Part shown: piece by piece, positions 1-13,759 of the stretch
Position numbering within the stretch: position 1 is the first letter of the stretch
How the letters are laid out: each line of letters opens with the position of its first letter
DNA from: Octopus sinensis
Lineage: Eukaryota
DNA length: 64,000 nucleotides
NCBI RefSeq assembly: GCF_006345805.1
Contig: NC_043001.1
Location: 114,018,001 to 114,082,000, forward strand
Direction of reading: 5' to 3'
The notes under the pieces: generated by a model
Database searches by the model: none
What the model was told of the DNA's origin: nothing
The model's input: only the letters and a program-made list of their open reading frames with translations
Program-made: the position numbers and the translations under genes

Positions 1-455
1 ACTGAGGACGATAACATCGGTTCGATAAAGTAACGAACCAGTCAAGTACTGGAGTCGACAGTAATGGTGTCCCCTCACCAAGATAAAATATTGAATTCTT
101 GTGTCAATAGTAGAAAGGATTATTACAAATGTCTCTTAAGGTGACAAATTGGCAGAAGCGTTAACGCACCGGACACAATGTTTAGCAGCATTTCTTCTGG
201 CTTTACGTTCGAATTTCATATGCTGCCTTGAGTCGATGTATCTGATATACCTTCTCCCAAAAAAACTCATGGCCTCGTACCAAACTTTGAAACTATTATT
301 ATCGTTATGATCTTTTCATTTTTTGGGAGGTGGAGTCCAAGGTCAGCAATTTTGTGGGGAGAAGGAAACTGATTATATCGGCCCCAGTGACAGTTTGGTA
401 CTTATTTTATCCCTAAAGAACGAAAGGTAAAGTCGACCTAAGCGGAATTGAATTG
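1..455. mobile_element. Cluster of old, diverged family-A-like SINE fragments in both orientations
   Basis: Degenerate matches to the family A body: ggcagaagcgttaacgcaccggacacaatg at about 150-180, and ttggtacttattttat...aaggtaaagtcgacctaagcggaatt in reverse at about 395-450. Confidence 0.55.
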
Positions 456-1019
456 AAATAATTAGAGAAACAATAAGAAATAAGACTTATTTATATATTA
501 TTTCACTCAGTAGAAAGAATTAGAGAGAAAAATGTGTGTGCGCACACACACATACAAGCACATATAATTAACACGCATGTCTCTGCTACTTTACCCCTGA
601 GACTAATGAAATATAAATTGCACTAAAGCACCGGGATGTTTTATAAAATTAATACTTCATTTAGGATAAACAAGTGAAACGTAGCATAGTTCACTTTTGT
701 TTCGTATTGTTCTTTCTAAAGTCATAGATTAAAAAGTAAAAGCAGCTACAAAACAACATCCGTTTTTATTAATATAGAAGAAAGCTTTGATTTCTGCTAT
801 ACGATATCAATATAAACGAAAATTATAGGCCACAATGTATATTGTTAGGACTAAATAAAGTATATATTCACTACAAAAAGCCACTTATTTCGAAATGAAA
901 CAGATTATAAAAATTATGCTAGTTATTAATTGCATGGAGTAAAATCTTTAATTATGTTTTGTTTCAAGTATCTGTCAGACGTTTTCTCTCTTGCTCTCCT
1001 CCTAAGCTAAAAAATATAA

Positions 1020-1037
1020 TGTATATATGTATGTACG

Positions 1038-1069
<32 letters not shown>

Positions 1070-1335
1070 TATTCAGAAAAAGAAGATTGAGCTGCCAGCG
1101 AAACTATTAGATACACACACACACACACATATATATATATATTATATATACATATTATATATATATATACGTATATATGTATATTATGTATATACATATA
1201 TATATTATATATGTATATATATATATATATATATATCATAAACATATATGATTTACATATATATATATATATTTATTATGTATATATATATATATGTTGG
1301 TGTGTGTGTGTGTGTGTCTGTGTGTGTGTGTGTAT
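1020..1335. repeat. Compound (TA)n/(CA)n/(TG)n microsatellite
   Basis: Directly visible dinucleotide runs. Confidence 0.95.
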
Positions 1336-1709
1336 TGTACGCCATTCTAAACGTTAATGCCTTAAAAGCACAGTATGTATGAGATTCATTTACAAATGAA
1401 AAATTAATAATTATATTAATCTTGTAATTTGTATCGAAAAGCAATAACAGAAAATCAGAATAACGGTGTCATAAAATCTCTTTTGCAATTAATGTTAAGT
1501 GTACACGCGTGCGCATGCCCGCGTACACACAAACACACACATTCATACGCATACGCAAACGCACACGCAAACACACACACAAACACACACGAGCGCACGC
1601 ATAAAAAAATATATATATAAACATTCATTTATTAATTTGTTTACATTCATATATATGTAAATGCATGTATTTCATAAAATGTGTGTATACATACATATAT
1701 AAATATATG

Positions 1710-1741
<32 letters not shown>

Positions 1742-2184
1742 GTATGTATATGAGGGACGTATGTGTGGTTGCGCGTGCTTAGTGATATATAAACTAATAT
1801 ACTACTTAAAATGAACCACAAGCGCACACAAAAGATTTTTATCGTTATACACATTTATATAGGGATCAATGTAATGAGTGAATGAGTCACATTTGAAGAT
1901 AGTTTTATTCCTTTAATAAATACTTATTAGGGATCTCGATTCCCTTCGGGAATTTACATTCTAAGGGTTATTCAGTGCAAATATTTATGTGTCAGTAGTA
2001 TAAACTGTTAAATGAGTGCATTTTACTCCTGTATTTTGCTATTGGATATCCAGTTAAATATCTCAATATTTGTATATGTAGACATCAAACCAATTATAGG
2101 TCTACGTCAGAATAATTCCCTAAATAGTTTTAATATATCATTAGGGAAAAATTATTCATTTAAATGCATACTGAGGCAATATTG

Positions 2185-2206
2185 TGGGAGTAATATATAT
2201 ATATAC

Positions 2207-2276
<70 letters not shown>

Positions 2277-2285
2277 TAGACATAT

Positions 2286-2329
<44 letters not shown>

Positions 2330-2330
2330 T

Positions 2331-2382
<52 letters not shown>

Positions 2383-2435
2383 TTATATATATATATATGT
2401 ATAATATATATATTACATATATATACACATATATA

Positions 2436-2477
<42 letters not shown>

Positions 2478-2650
2478 CAAACACAAACATATAGATATAT
2501 GTATATGTGTGTGTGTATGTGTGTATGTATGTCTGTATGTATATACATATATATATCAATTCATAAATATGACCGTTTGTATGTGTGCCTCTGTGTGTAT
2601 GCCTATGTATTTGTGTGAGTGCGTGCGCGTGTTTTTGCATGTGTGTGTGT
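2185..2650. repeat. Compound (TA)n/(TG)n microsatellite
   Basis: Directly visible; source of the YI-repeat ORFs in the track. Confidence 0.95.
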
Positions 2651-2888
2651 AATATACATTATTCTGAACTACCGTTTCAGTAGCGTTTTTTGCATATCGT
2701 CTCCAGTACTTATTCCAATATTGTAATTTTTTTTATACATCGTTATTTTATCAAAGAAATAGAAGTTGCCTTTTAAACTAAACTAGGTACAGACAAATAT
2801 TTACATTCATGTTCCTGGGCATCGATGCACTTATTTGTAAGTAGTAAACACAGAAAAAGAAAACTGCGCTGCCAGTGGGACTATTACA

Positions 2889-3295
2889 TACATACATGAT
2901 CCCCTTTATAATTTTTCGTTGGCGCGAATGCATATTCTATGGCTCGCGGTGCTGGCTGGCCTTATGCTTTGTCACCCATTGAATATCTTACCCACTACTC
3001 TTCCCTTCACTGATAACTTCTTGTGTCCGTCCTCGAGACTCCGCACTAATTATTATGCCGAGCCCAGCCGTTCCTTTGCGCATTGCCTACATTTTGGTAC
3101 CTCCTCTTTGCTTATATCTTCTCTGCAAGTGATGATTAAAACTGGTTCGAGAGTACTATCAGTTCCAGGACTGAGGGGGCTACAAATTCTAAGGGATCTG
3201 ACTCCTCTACGAGTTCTAAAGGCCCTGACATTTCAGTCAGAGCCTGCATTTAAAAGACAATCTGAGAAGTTGAGTGGAGATGAGCTATTGTTCCG

Positions 3296-3330
<35 letters not shown>

Positions 3331-4075
3331 ATATATTAATATATATATATATATATATAAGCATTCAAATACACAGAAATACCTACACATGCTTGTGGAT
3401 TTAGATTATTTTTTTGTGTAATTATTCATATGCAGATTGAAGGCATTACTTAAATGTATAACTGTGTGCGCCTTTCGGTGTGTCCTCACCACTTGACAAC
3501 CGGTATTGGCTTGTTTACATCAACGTAACATAGGATCTATCAAAATTACCAAATACCAATTAATACTAGAGCTATGTATGAAGGGAGGATGATCTCAAGG
3601 GATCAGGTATTCTCCCAACTTGACATGCCATTACAGAAAACGGTAGACTTATTGCTAACAGTTCAGTACACACGTTTCTGTCTCAATATTTTTAATATTC
3701 GTTGTAACTTATCTCCTAATGTTGAATCTGGCTGGATGTTCAGGGCCCGTAGAACTCGCAGAATGATCAGAATCCTTAGAATATGTAACTCTCAGTCCTG
3801 AAATTGATATTACTCTCAAACCATTCTTAATCAACATTTGCAGAGAAGACATGAGCAAAGAGAAAGACCTAAAATGTCGACAATGTGCAAAGGAGCGGTC
3901 GGGCTTGGTATAATAATTAGTGCGAAGTCTGGAGAACGGTCACAAGAAGTAAACAGTGAAGGGAAGAGGAGTGGGTAACGAGTTCAAAGTGTTAAAGCTT
4001 AAAACCTGCCTGCTCCATTATGCACAGAGTATGCATATGCGCCCACGTAAAATTATGAAAGGGCACATGTATGTA
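2889..4075. repeat. Diverged inverted repeat pair, arms about 350 bp (2889-3241 and 3727-4075), unclassified family
   Basis: The reverse complement of 3100-3240 (cagggcctttagaactcgtagagg...cttgcagagaagatataagcaaagagg) aligns with 3740-3870 (cagggcccgtagaactcgcagaat...tttgcagagaagacatgagcaaagaga). Roughly 70-75% identity by eye. Confidence 0.85.
3455..3545 (+). mobile_element. Internal fragment of family B SINE
   Basis: cacttgacaaccggtattggcttgtttacatc matches the family B body ttgacaaccgatgctggtgtgtttacgtcc. Confidence 0.55.
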
Positions 4076-5560
4076 TCTAATTCTTCCTAATCTATCTCCA
4101 GCATCCAAGGGATCCTCTAAAGGTGGAAATAATTTTTAATACAAGATTCAGTGCTGTATGGTATTTGATATTCTTCCATTTGTCAACGTTGTTCATATAC
4201 GTGTCGCTGGCCACACCAAGTTGTTTCTCTTGGATCGTTTTAGTTTAATTTATGGAAATTACCTTGGCCGTTAATATGTTTAACTGCTTTTGATATGTCT
4301 AAATTCATTTGCTGTTAGACCCAGATTAGGACAATTAGGAAAAGCAACAAATTTTCCAACAATTTCATGGTGCACGATGGTAATATGCAAGTATATTTCT
4401 CTCTCTCTCTCTCTCTAAACCTTTGATATCCCTCACACTCTCCCTCTCGCTCTCTACGTGTGTGTATGTTTGTATATATATATATATATATATATATATA
4501 CGTGCTTAACAACATATATGCATATATTCATCAATCCATCCATCCAACAATCTGTCCAAACACACATACATACACACACACATTTCTTTGTAAAAAATGC
4601 CAATATGGGCAAACGATTAGTGCTATTCGAACGTTGTCCTGTTTATTACAAATTCCATTGTTACTGAGTCATACCTACTCCCCTGTCAATCTTGCTTTAA
4701 GAGATGCAATAAAGCTATGATTAGTATGTTGGAAACCTGTTACAAACGGTGCTATTATTCTCCAAATGCAATATAACATGAAGTCAAACGAAGTTCAGTT
4801 CTTTCTCTCAAAATTTTAATATAAATCTTTATAGCATTTTACTGGGTATTTCCCTGCACAGCAATGAATTAGGTTTCCTCTTTATGTCGACTGCATCGAG
4901 TAAAATGACAAGAATTATCTTACATGATGCAGTCATATCCCGTTAAACTACATGATTACATGTAGTATTGTTCTACCATTTATATCGCTGCAAAGCTAGT
5001 GATACCTGTCGTCTCAACTCAAAAGATTGCTGTGTTTGTCGGTGTGTACACCTACATCCTTCACTCAAGCGCAGCCAACGCTGAAAAGATCCGTACGAGT
5101 TTAATCTACTGTAGTTTTGTATCCTTCAAGAAGCCTGAGAGAAACCAATAATTGTTAAGACTTGAGTTTACTTTATCGCTTCCTCAGAAGTAAAAAATCT
5201 ATGTCAGCTATGCTACGATGTATTTTTTCCAATATTACGAATGAGCGTGCACGGCGTTAAATTTGCATGTTATCTCACTAGAAATCATCGTGTGGTCGAG
5301 ACCAGGAATATATTATAAATACAAATTGTTTCCTGTTCAATACTATATTCTTTCTTCTCTGCGTCTAGAAAAGGACTTTTGATTACTGGAATTATTATTG
5401 GGATGAGGGAATAAGGGAAAGAGATAAAAAAGGAGTCAGCAATTTAAAATCTACAGCGTAGCACCTAACATCAAGCGTATTATACGGATTCAAAGAGGAA
5501 CAATGGTAATAAAGGAAACAGTAATAGCAACGCTGAAGACGTCATAAAGGTTGCAAAAGA

Positions 5561-5616
<56 letters not shown>

Positions 5617-5647
5617 ATATATACATATATTATATATATACATATAT

Positions 5648-5722
<75 letters not shown>

Positions 5723-5723
<1 letters not shown>

Positions 5724-6014
5724 TGCAGATTATCATTGCGTGAATAAATCGAAAGAATGATTTACTGTCCTGATACTTTCAAGAATACTGTCACTGACGA
5801 CAAGTTCTTTAAAAAATGGAAAATTATCATTAGTGATAATCTATTATGGAACAGTCAGTTTACCGAGATTTTTTATTTATTTATCACCCGACGAGATACC
5901 TCTGCACCACCGGATACTCTTGAACCAGATTTTGTGTGTCCCACAAGAGGAGTCGATGCTAGATGCGTCGAAACAATTCTTGTGATTAATAATATATTCT
6001 CGTATATTCCATCT
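5723..6014 (+). mobile_element. Probable Penelope-like element 3' fragment (left arm of inverted pair)
   Basis: Degraded translation (C)RLSLRE..MIYCPD...LMTSS..KWKII resembles, from memory, the Cys/His-rich C-terminus of PLE GIY-YIG proteins. It is followed by a pLTR-like tail (cgtcgaaacaattcttgtg). Near-identical inverted copy at 6487-6779. Confidence 0.45.
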
Positions 6015-6026
6015 TCTCTTTCATTT

Positions 6027-6074
<48 letters not shown>

Positions 6075-6080
6075 TATATA

Positions 6081-6320
6081 GAGGATACTATTATTCATAG
6101 GTACCGCACGCTAGGTCTTACATGTCTTGAGTTCGTTGCACTGAAGAGCATAGAATGCATATCCTGCATTGGTTGCGAAATCACAGGTGATATGTAACTA
6201 AAATCTTGTTTTTAAATGACTTGCTTTGAAGCTTTGCATTCGCTACAATTTGTTTATTTTAGTAGTTTTGACTGCAAGAGTCCCTCCTAGCGCTCGGTAC
6301 CTATGAATAATAGTACCCTC
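6081..6320. mobile_element. MITE, 240 bp, TA-flanked (Tc1/mariner type)
   Basis: tatatagaggatactattattcataggtaccgcacgctagg (6075-6115) matches the reverse complement of 6286-6326 at 38/41 positions. TA on both sides, no ORF. Confidence 0.8.
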
Positions 6321-6435
6321 TATATAGTATAAATAAATATTTTCAAAGTGGAAAAATTTACGGTTTTTTTCTCTTACGAGGTTTTTCACGCTAACTACTG
6401 ATAATTTCTTATAAAGATTTTATTCTTAATTTTAA

Positions 6436-6485
<50 letters not shown>

Positions 6486-6486
6486 G

Positions 6487-6779
6487 AGATGGAGTATACG
6501 AGAATATATTATTAATCACAAGAATTGTTTCGACGCATCTAGCATCGACTCCTCTTGTGGGACACACAAAAACTGGTTCAGGAGTACCGGTGGTGCAGAC
6601 GTATCTCGTCGGGTGATAAATAAATTTTAAAAATCTCTGTAAACTGACTGTTCCATAATAGATTATCACCAATGATAATTTTCCATTTTTTAAAGAGCTT
6701 GTCATCAGTGTCAGTATTCTTGAAGGTATCAGGACAGTAAATCATTCTTTCGATTTATTCACGCAATGATAATCTGCAA
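6487..6779 (-). mobile_element. Probable Penelope-like element 3' fragment (right arm of inverted pair)
   Basis: Reverse complement of 5723-6014, more than 90% identical by eye. Confidence 0.45.
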
Positions 6780-6844
6780 AATAATCTTCTTGGAATGTTA
6801 TTATTCTTCCAAAAACTTTATCCTCTCTCTCTCTCGCTCACTCA

Positions 6845-6887
<43 letters not shown>

Positions 6888-6959
6888 ACACAAACATAAT
6901 GCGAATGAGAAGGGAAGGTAGTGAGAAAGAGATGCGAGACGTGTCTGCATGGAAAAACG

Positions 6960-7207
<248 letters not shown>

Positions 7208-7594
7208 ACGGGTGGAATTTAGATATATACTAAAATAAGATGGATACAGGGGAAAAGATACTTAAATAAACAGGAAGCTAAATAAATTTCTATGAAGCAA
7301 AGATTTTAATTGTCCACTATCAAACATCGTTAGATGATGTCGGACCTAAAGGTAACGGATTACTTTGAAAGTAGTTAATTTTGCCGTTATTGCTGGCGAA
7401 ACCAATTTAATTCATTCGCAACGACACCAAACGATATTTGTCCGCACGCCTGGTTGTCTCGTGCTTGCTAGCTAGCTTAAAGCTTTTGCTGTTATTCAGT
7501 TGGATTACTTCTTTAAATTTACTCTCTCTCTTTGTGTCCATTCCTCAACCACTATTCATCAAACATTCTGATAAACACAGATAACCTACAGTAT

Positions 7595-7735
7595 ATACAT
7601 ACATACATACATACATACATGCATACATACATACATACGTACATACATACGTACATACATACATACGTACATACATAGGTACATGCATACATACATACTT
7701 ACATACATACGTACATACATACATACGTACTTATA
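7595..7735. repeat. (CATA)n microsatellite
   Basis: Directly visible. Confidence 0.95.
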
Positions 7736-8320
7736 TATATATATATATATATATGCATATACATACACACACATACATATGTGTATATATATATATATTA
7801 TTTACTATATATATGTATATATATATATATACATGCATACATATAGAAATCCATACACGTTAGTTTGCACCTATCTCTCACTTTCGGTTTGACTGTTTCG
7901 GATATTCGCTTCGTTTCCTGTTTATAGGATTTTACTCTTTCCATCTATCTCTCCCCTCCCTTTCTCCCTACCTATCTCTCCTTCTCTGTCTCTCTCTCTC
8001 TATCTCTAAATATATATATATACATACTTCATACAAACAAATATATACATACTTATACATGCATATACATACTTATAAACACCTACCTGCATACGTTGAT
8101 ACATGCATATATGTATGTATGTGTCTATATATATATATACATTATACACAAACACACACACATATACGAATATGTAATATAGTCGTACACTCATAGACAA
8201 TATAATACATTACACTGTTGCTTCTTACACTCTTTCATTGGTCAACAACTTCGTCTGCATATAACACAGCACTAAAGTTTTATGTTTCAACCCTTTCTTT
8301 TTTAACTCTCACACATGCAC

Positions 8321-8358
<38 letters not shown>

Positions 8359-8544
8359 GTGTGTGTGTGGGTGTGTGGAAGTATCTCTGTCAGCCACCTT
8401 GCAGCGTTTGTTAGTTAATGCAGGCTTTTACTTTCTTTTCAATTTTGTCTGCTTTCCCTTTATTTGTATGAGTTCTAAAGATCCACAATTTTATTCACAC
8501 GCTTTCACTCTCCCTCCTTCACTCTCTTCATTTATCGAACTATC

Positions 8545-8606
<62 letters not shown>

Positions 8607-8824
8607 GCACACACACACACACAATCATATATAGAGTGATGGATACATAGGTTGTTAAATAAATAGATAAATACAGCTATAGATATATACATATAAGTAT
8701 ACATACATACATACATACATACACACACATGTATACATGTATATCCCCGTGTGTATGTATGTATTTGTCTGAATGGAATGAAAGTTTATGAGGCTATAAG
8801 AGAAAATGTGTGTGTATACATATG

Positions 8825-8868
<44 letters not shown>

Positions 8869-9668
8869 TATATATATATATACATATATATCTATCTATA
8901 TATATATATACATACATATTCATATATACATTTATATATACTTATTTACATATATATATATATATAATGATATATGTAAATATCACATACATATATATAA
9001 ACATATGTACATATATATACATATACACACACATATATTCATATACACACACATATATATATATATATATATATCCTTGTATATCTCTCTATTTGCCTAT
9101 TATCTACCATGTAGCTTTCTTCATTTCATTATTCCTTTCCATCTAAATAACTTTCAACCTTTCACTCCATTCATTTATCCCCTCCCTAGCTGTCGTCTCT
9201 AGCACGCGATCTTTCTCCCGCTATCTATCAATTGTTTGCTATCGTGTCAGCTAATAATATTCTTGACCACGAATTCGGCCGTTCGATCATTAAGTTGGTA
9301 ACGTGATTTAAGAGCGGTCTGACCAGGTTTCATAACAGTTTCTAGTTAACATTTAACATCCAGCATGTCGGACATCAATTAATCTATTAGTGATGGGATG
9401 TTTGACCATAAACATGTTATAATGGAATCTATCTTTCAATTTCGCATTCACTCTCTACTAATCACTTCGACCAACTTCATCTTTTCTGTACTGCCTTCTC
9501 CCCGCGCATCTTTCCCATTATATATATATATTCTCTCCCAACAATTTCTGTGGTAACTTGTTTTTACCTTAATCTCTCCAACCCAGCTACCTCTTCTTCT
9601 CTCTTTCTTTCCCCATCTCGTTCTCTCGCCCTCGGTGTCTTTCTGATTTCTGTTTCTCGCTTCTTCCG

Positions 9669-9700
<32 letters not shown>

Positions 9701-9989
9701 CTATCTCTCTCCATCTTTTGCTTCTGTCAATCACTTTTTCTACCGCATTTTACATAATATATATTTTATTTCATTTCTACTTTCTGTTGAACATCCTACA
9801 TCTCTCTACCCCTTCTTTCTCTCGTTCTCACTTCCTACTCAACTAGCTCACTATTATGAATACATTTTTGAAGAAAAATAATATTTATTCTGTCAGAAAA
9901 TATTTTATCGTCTCTTCTGAGGTCATTACAGTTCTTTTAAGTCATCTTGAACATGAAAAACGGAGACATCAGTCTCGTTAACTTTCGGT

Positions 9990-10860
9990 CAGTGATACGT
10001 ATGTGTAGTTATGATGTTTAAGTTTGCAGTAATGCTATGATACTGGCAGTGTGGTTATGATATTGTCACTGTAACTATGACGCTAGCATTATGTTTATGA
10101 TATTGGTAGTGTGTTTATGATCCTGTAAGTATTGTCATAAAACTAGTATTGTTCATATGACACTGGTGGTGTGATTGTGATGGCGGTAGTATGGGTATTA
10201 TACTGGAAATGTGATTACACTACTAGCAGTGTGTTGATATAATCTCACTGTACTTATGATTACTGTGTCTATGATAGCAGCAGTGTTGTCATGAGATTGA
10301 TGTACTATATATATCTTTTATATCTATATATATGATATTCGTAGTGTGGTTGTGATTCGGCTAATATCGCTATCATCCTAACAGTGTTGTTATCATTCTG
10401 TTAGATTGATTATGGTATAGTTGTGTAGTTTTCATACTGGCCGTGTGAATATCATACTTGCAGTGTTCTTATGATACTGTCAGCGTGGTTATGATTCTGG
10501 CAGTGTAGTGATGACCTTGTCAGCATATTCACTCTTATGGCAGTGTGACGCTAAAATTGTAACTGAATATATGATACTGGCAATACTGTTATAATTATGT
10601 TTGAATAATTACAATATTGTTAGTGTGTTACTGGTAAAGTTGTGAAGACACTGGTTGTGAAGTTATGGTAATGAAAATGTAGGTACAAAACTATCATGGG
10701 GGTCACGATATTTCTAGTGAGATTATGGTCGTGGTTAGGAAACGATGGAAGTACAATGTAGTTCTGGTATTGATAAGCTCGTTGAGATGCTACTGTTGTA
10801 GCTACAGGCTAGACATTATTTTGTATAATGGCCGTATGGTTAGAATACTGGTCTCACGGT
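9990..10860. repeat. Degenerate 20-bp minisatellite, consensus about TATGATACTGGCAGTGTGGT
   Basis: TATGA recurs at 10036, 10056, 10076, 10096 and 10116, and again at 10470 and 10490; the units are highly diverged. Confidence 0.85.
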
Positions 10861-13142
10861 TAGAAAAGCGCCATACCTGCCAAAGCAATAATAATTCTAT
10901 ATGTCATCAACATGAAGACTGGGGTAATTTTTCTGCAAACTAATTCATTGATATAACGTTCTGTTTTATACTGTAATATAATACAGAACGCTTTCTTTAA
11001 GTATTTCTCTCAACGGTATTGTTGATACTAAAACGGGATTCCATGCAAAGTAAAGAGGTTTGTCACACGCCACAGAAAGCCTCGTATACACGACATTTGA
11101 ACTCACGAATTCAAAATATTTTATGATCAAAACAGAAATCGGTAAATTGCAATTTATTTTTGTGATCACAGGATGAAGTACAAAATGTCGCATTTGCTGT
11201 CAATGTTTTTCGATTGTGAAGTTTGCAATGTAACTATTATATCTAAGCACTTTCTTCCAATGTCTACAGCCTGTCTTCTTTGAGCTTCCATCGGTCAGAG
11301 TCGAAATTTTATCTGTAACTCTGCACAAGTTTTTTGTGGAAAATTTGCAGATCCCAATAAGTTTTTTGTGGAAAATTTGCAGATCCCCATACAAGCTACT
11401 CTCCTCTTTCCTCGCTAGCAATATTTATTGTCTCCATATTTTTAGAATCGATACATCCTTACCTTTGAATCGTCGTTAATGTTGGTCTCTGAAAGGGACA
11501 GAAACAAATAAGGGAAGGTATCTCTTTCGACGCTGTAAATGTCCCACCAATTTACGGCCCTGATCAGGTACGTTTTGTTAACCTCGAAAGGCTGTAAGGT
11601 AAAGTTGATCTCTATGATATTTGAACACACAGCGCAAAGATTGGAATAAACAGTGAAAAATATTCGATCTAAATCTCTATCGATTCTACCAGCTAGATAC
11701 TTCAAAATCCTATTACTCTAAATCATTTATTTCATATGATTTCTAAATAACATTTTTTAATACTTTTTATGTAGTAGTTGCTGGAAGCTCTGGCTTTCGT
11801 TAGGAGTGGTCTACATGACCATTCATGATATAGAGGCTGGGAGCTATTTCAGTCCGGGAGTGAGTCGTCATCACGTTACTTAGTCGCAATACTTAGAATG
11901 CTGTATTACCAAAAATGATGTGATTTCATCACCCAGTAATCTATCAAAGTCATTTACACACTTCTCAAAACATACTGCTATTATGACTTCCATCCCTCAT
12001 TTTATACCGCCATCGTTGATGGGTAGATTGGTTAGTAACATTAATAGAACAAGAGAACCGTATTTACAACAGCACAGTAACGGTGTCAACCCAGTGGCAG
12101 TGCAATTATGCATAACATATGCAGTCGAAACTATAACTTTCTTAAAAACAAAAAACAAACTTGCAAAAAATACTCTTAGATAGAAATGTGGCATGAAAAG
12201 TAGCAGAAACAATGACAATTACACGTAGCAACAAGAAAATTAGCAATGAAATCGAAGACACATATCTAAAACATAAGGACAAATTTTACAAATACAGTTT
12301 AACCATTTTACAAATACAGTTCAACAAAAATATTAAGAGCAACTACGTTAATAGTAACATATTACCAATTAGTGTGGCAGTGTCTCAACCAAATTCAAGT
12401 ATTAAATTAATGCTCTTAATACTTATGAAAGTGGTAAAAAAATAAAACAAAACAAAATGTGTAGAATACAGTGAAGCACTCTGAAAAAAATTTGAGATCG
12501 CTCTATAGATATATTCTTCAGCTAAAGTATTGGATAATAACAATAAAGATACCCGGCAACGTATTTTTCTATCTCTTAGTGCAGAGTGGCGGCTATGTTT
12601 ACGAACCGTTATATGGTGAGAGAGAGTGGGGAGATATCCTCAAACTGAAAACTGAAATGGCATAAAAGTGAATTCTGCTAAAGTCGCCTAAGCCGCCATG
12701 TGGTGGTGTTAATTTGGTGACTGATGGATTAAGTTTGCCAACCTTGTTAGCCACAGTCGGATTCGAATTCAGAATGCAATGAACTGGAACAAAGACCACA
12801 AAGCATCCAATCTGGCATTCGTAAATTTGTGTCAATCCATCGCCCGTGATTCTTACTCTTTCTTTATCGATCTCACAAAAACGAAGAGTAATTGTTAAAT
12901 TTTCTTTCTCTAAACTATAGGACATTTATACGAGGTTCAAAATAAAAATGAAACATAAAAGAAAACAAATAGATGACTAGTAAAACATTTAATGATTTTT
13001 CCTTTGATGTTTTATATTTTATACTTTCCATTGTTCATAATAAGACCGTAAAACGTCTGGACATACAGGACAAAAAAATAAACTAATAATATTCTAACAT
13101 AATGCATGTACATGACACTACATTTATAAAAAAATAAACTAC

Positions 13143-13263
13143 CACATGGTTGTGATGTATGTGCCTAGTGTACGTTAATCAGTCGAGTAGTCATGATGGG
13201 TATACTGGGCTTCGTATATTTTACTCCACTGTCATTTATATGGCATGCACTGCTCTCTCACAC
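13143..13263 (+). mobile_element. 3' end fragment of element E, followed by (AAT)n at 13264-13323
   Basis: gtagtcatgatgggtatactgggcttcgtatattttac...gcactgctctctcac matches the reverse complement of about 38817-38940. Confidence 0.85.
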
Positions 13264-13324
<61 letters not shown>

Positions 13325-13399
13325 TTGAGGATGATGATGATTATAACAATAAAGCTGTAAAGATGAACCCATTACAAAACCAATGAAAAAAGAAAGAAC

Positions 13400-13745
13400 G
13401 ATGGACAGATAACCATGAATAATATGAAATGGTTGATTTATGATTTACACGCACTACTATGCAACACTCCTCCAAAAGCATACAGGGATAAAATCATACA
13501 GTAAATACCAAACAAACTGAACATATCCCAACACACGTGACATAGAAATCTGATACCCAGCAAAAGAACACAACCAGCGGTACACAAACAATACACAGTA
13601 CAATAGCTGATACAACAGAAGACTAAAACCAAACCTCATAACAAAAGATACTGATGCAATACAATATTCCTCCAACCAAAAAAAAAGCAGCGCACACCAC
13701 CTCACCAGCACAAAAGTGCAACAAATTGTGCATTAGAAAGTTGCT
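13400..13745 (+). mobile_element. Highly decayed non-LTR retrotransposon C-terminal relic (tentative)
   Basis: Composition and a (K)VQQIV-like ending (aaagtgcaacaaattgtg) resemble the end of R4-like ORFs; no clean motif. Confidence 0.3.
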
Positions 13746-13759
13746 GGAGGCTATCAGAT

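Noticed and set aside
5942-5984. Hammerhead-like fold (cacaaga/tcttgtg stem, gatgc/gcgtc stem, GAAAC) in the PLE-like arms
   Set aside because: No CUGANGA and no valid helix III or NUH site in either arm; at best a remnant.
9990-10860. Regularly spaced repeats as a possible CRISPR array
   Set aside because: The units are contiguous and degenerate with no unique spacers, there are no cas genes, and the context is eukaryotic.
10966-11421. Run of minus-strand ORFs, including a perfect 29-nt tandem duplication at 11327-11387
   Set aside because: The ORFs are in different frames with no recognisable domain, and the duplication is an ordinary slippage-type event.
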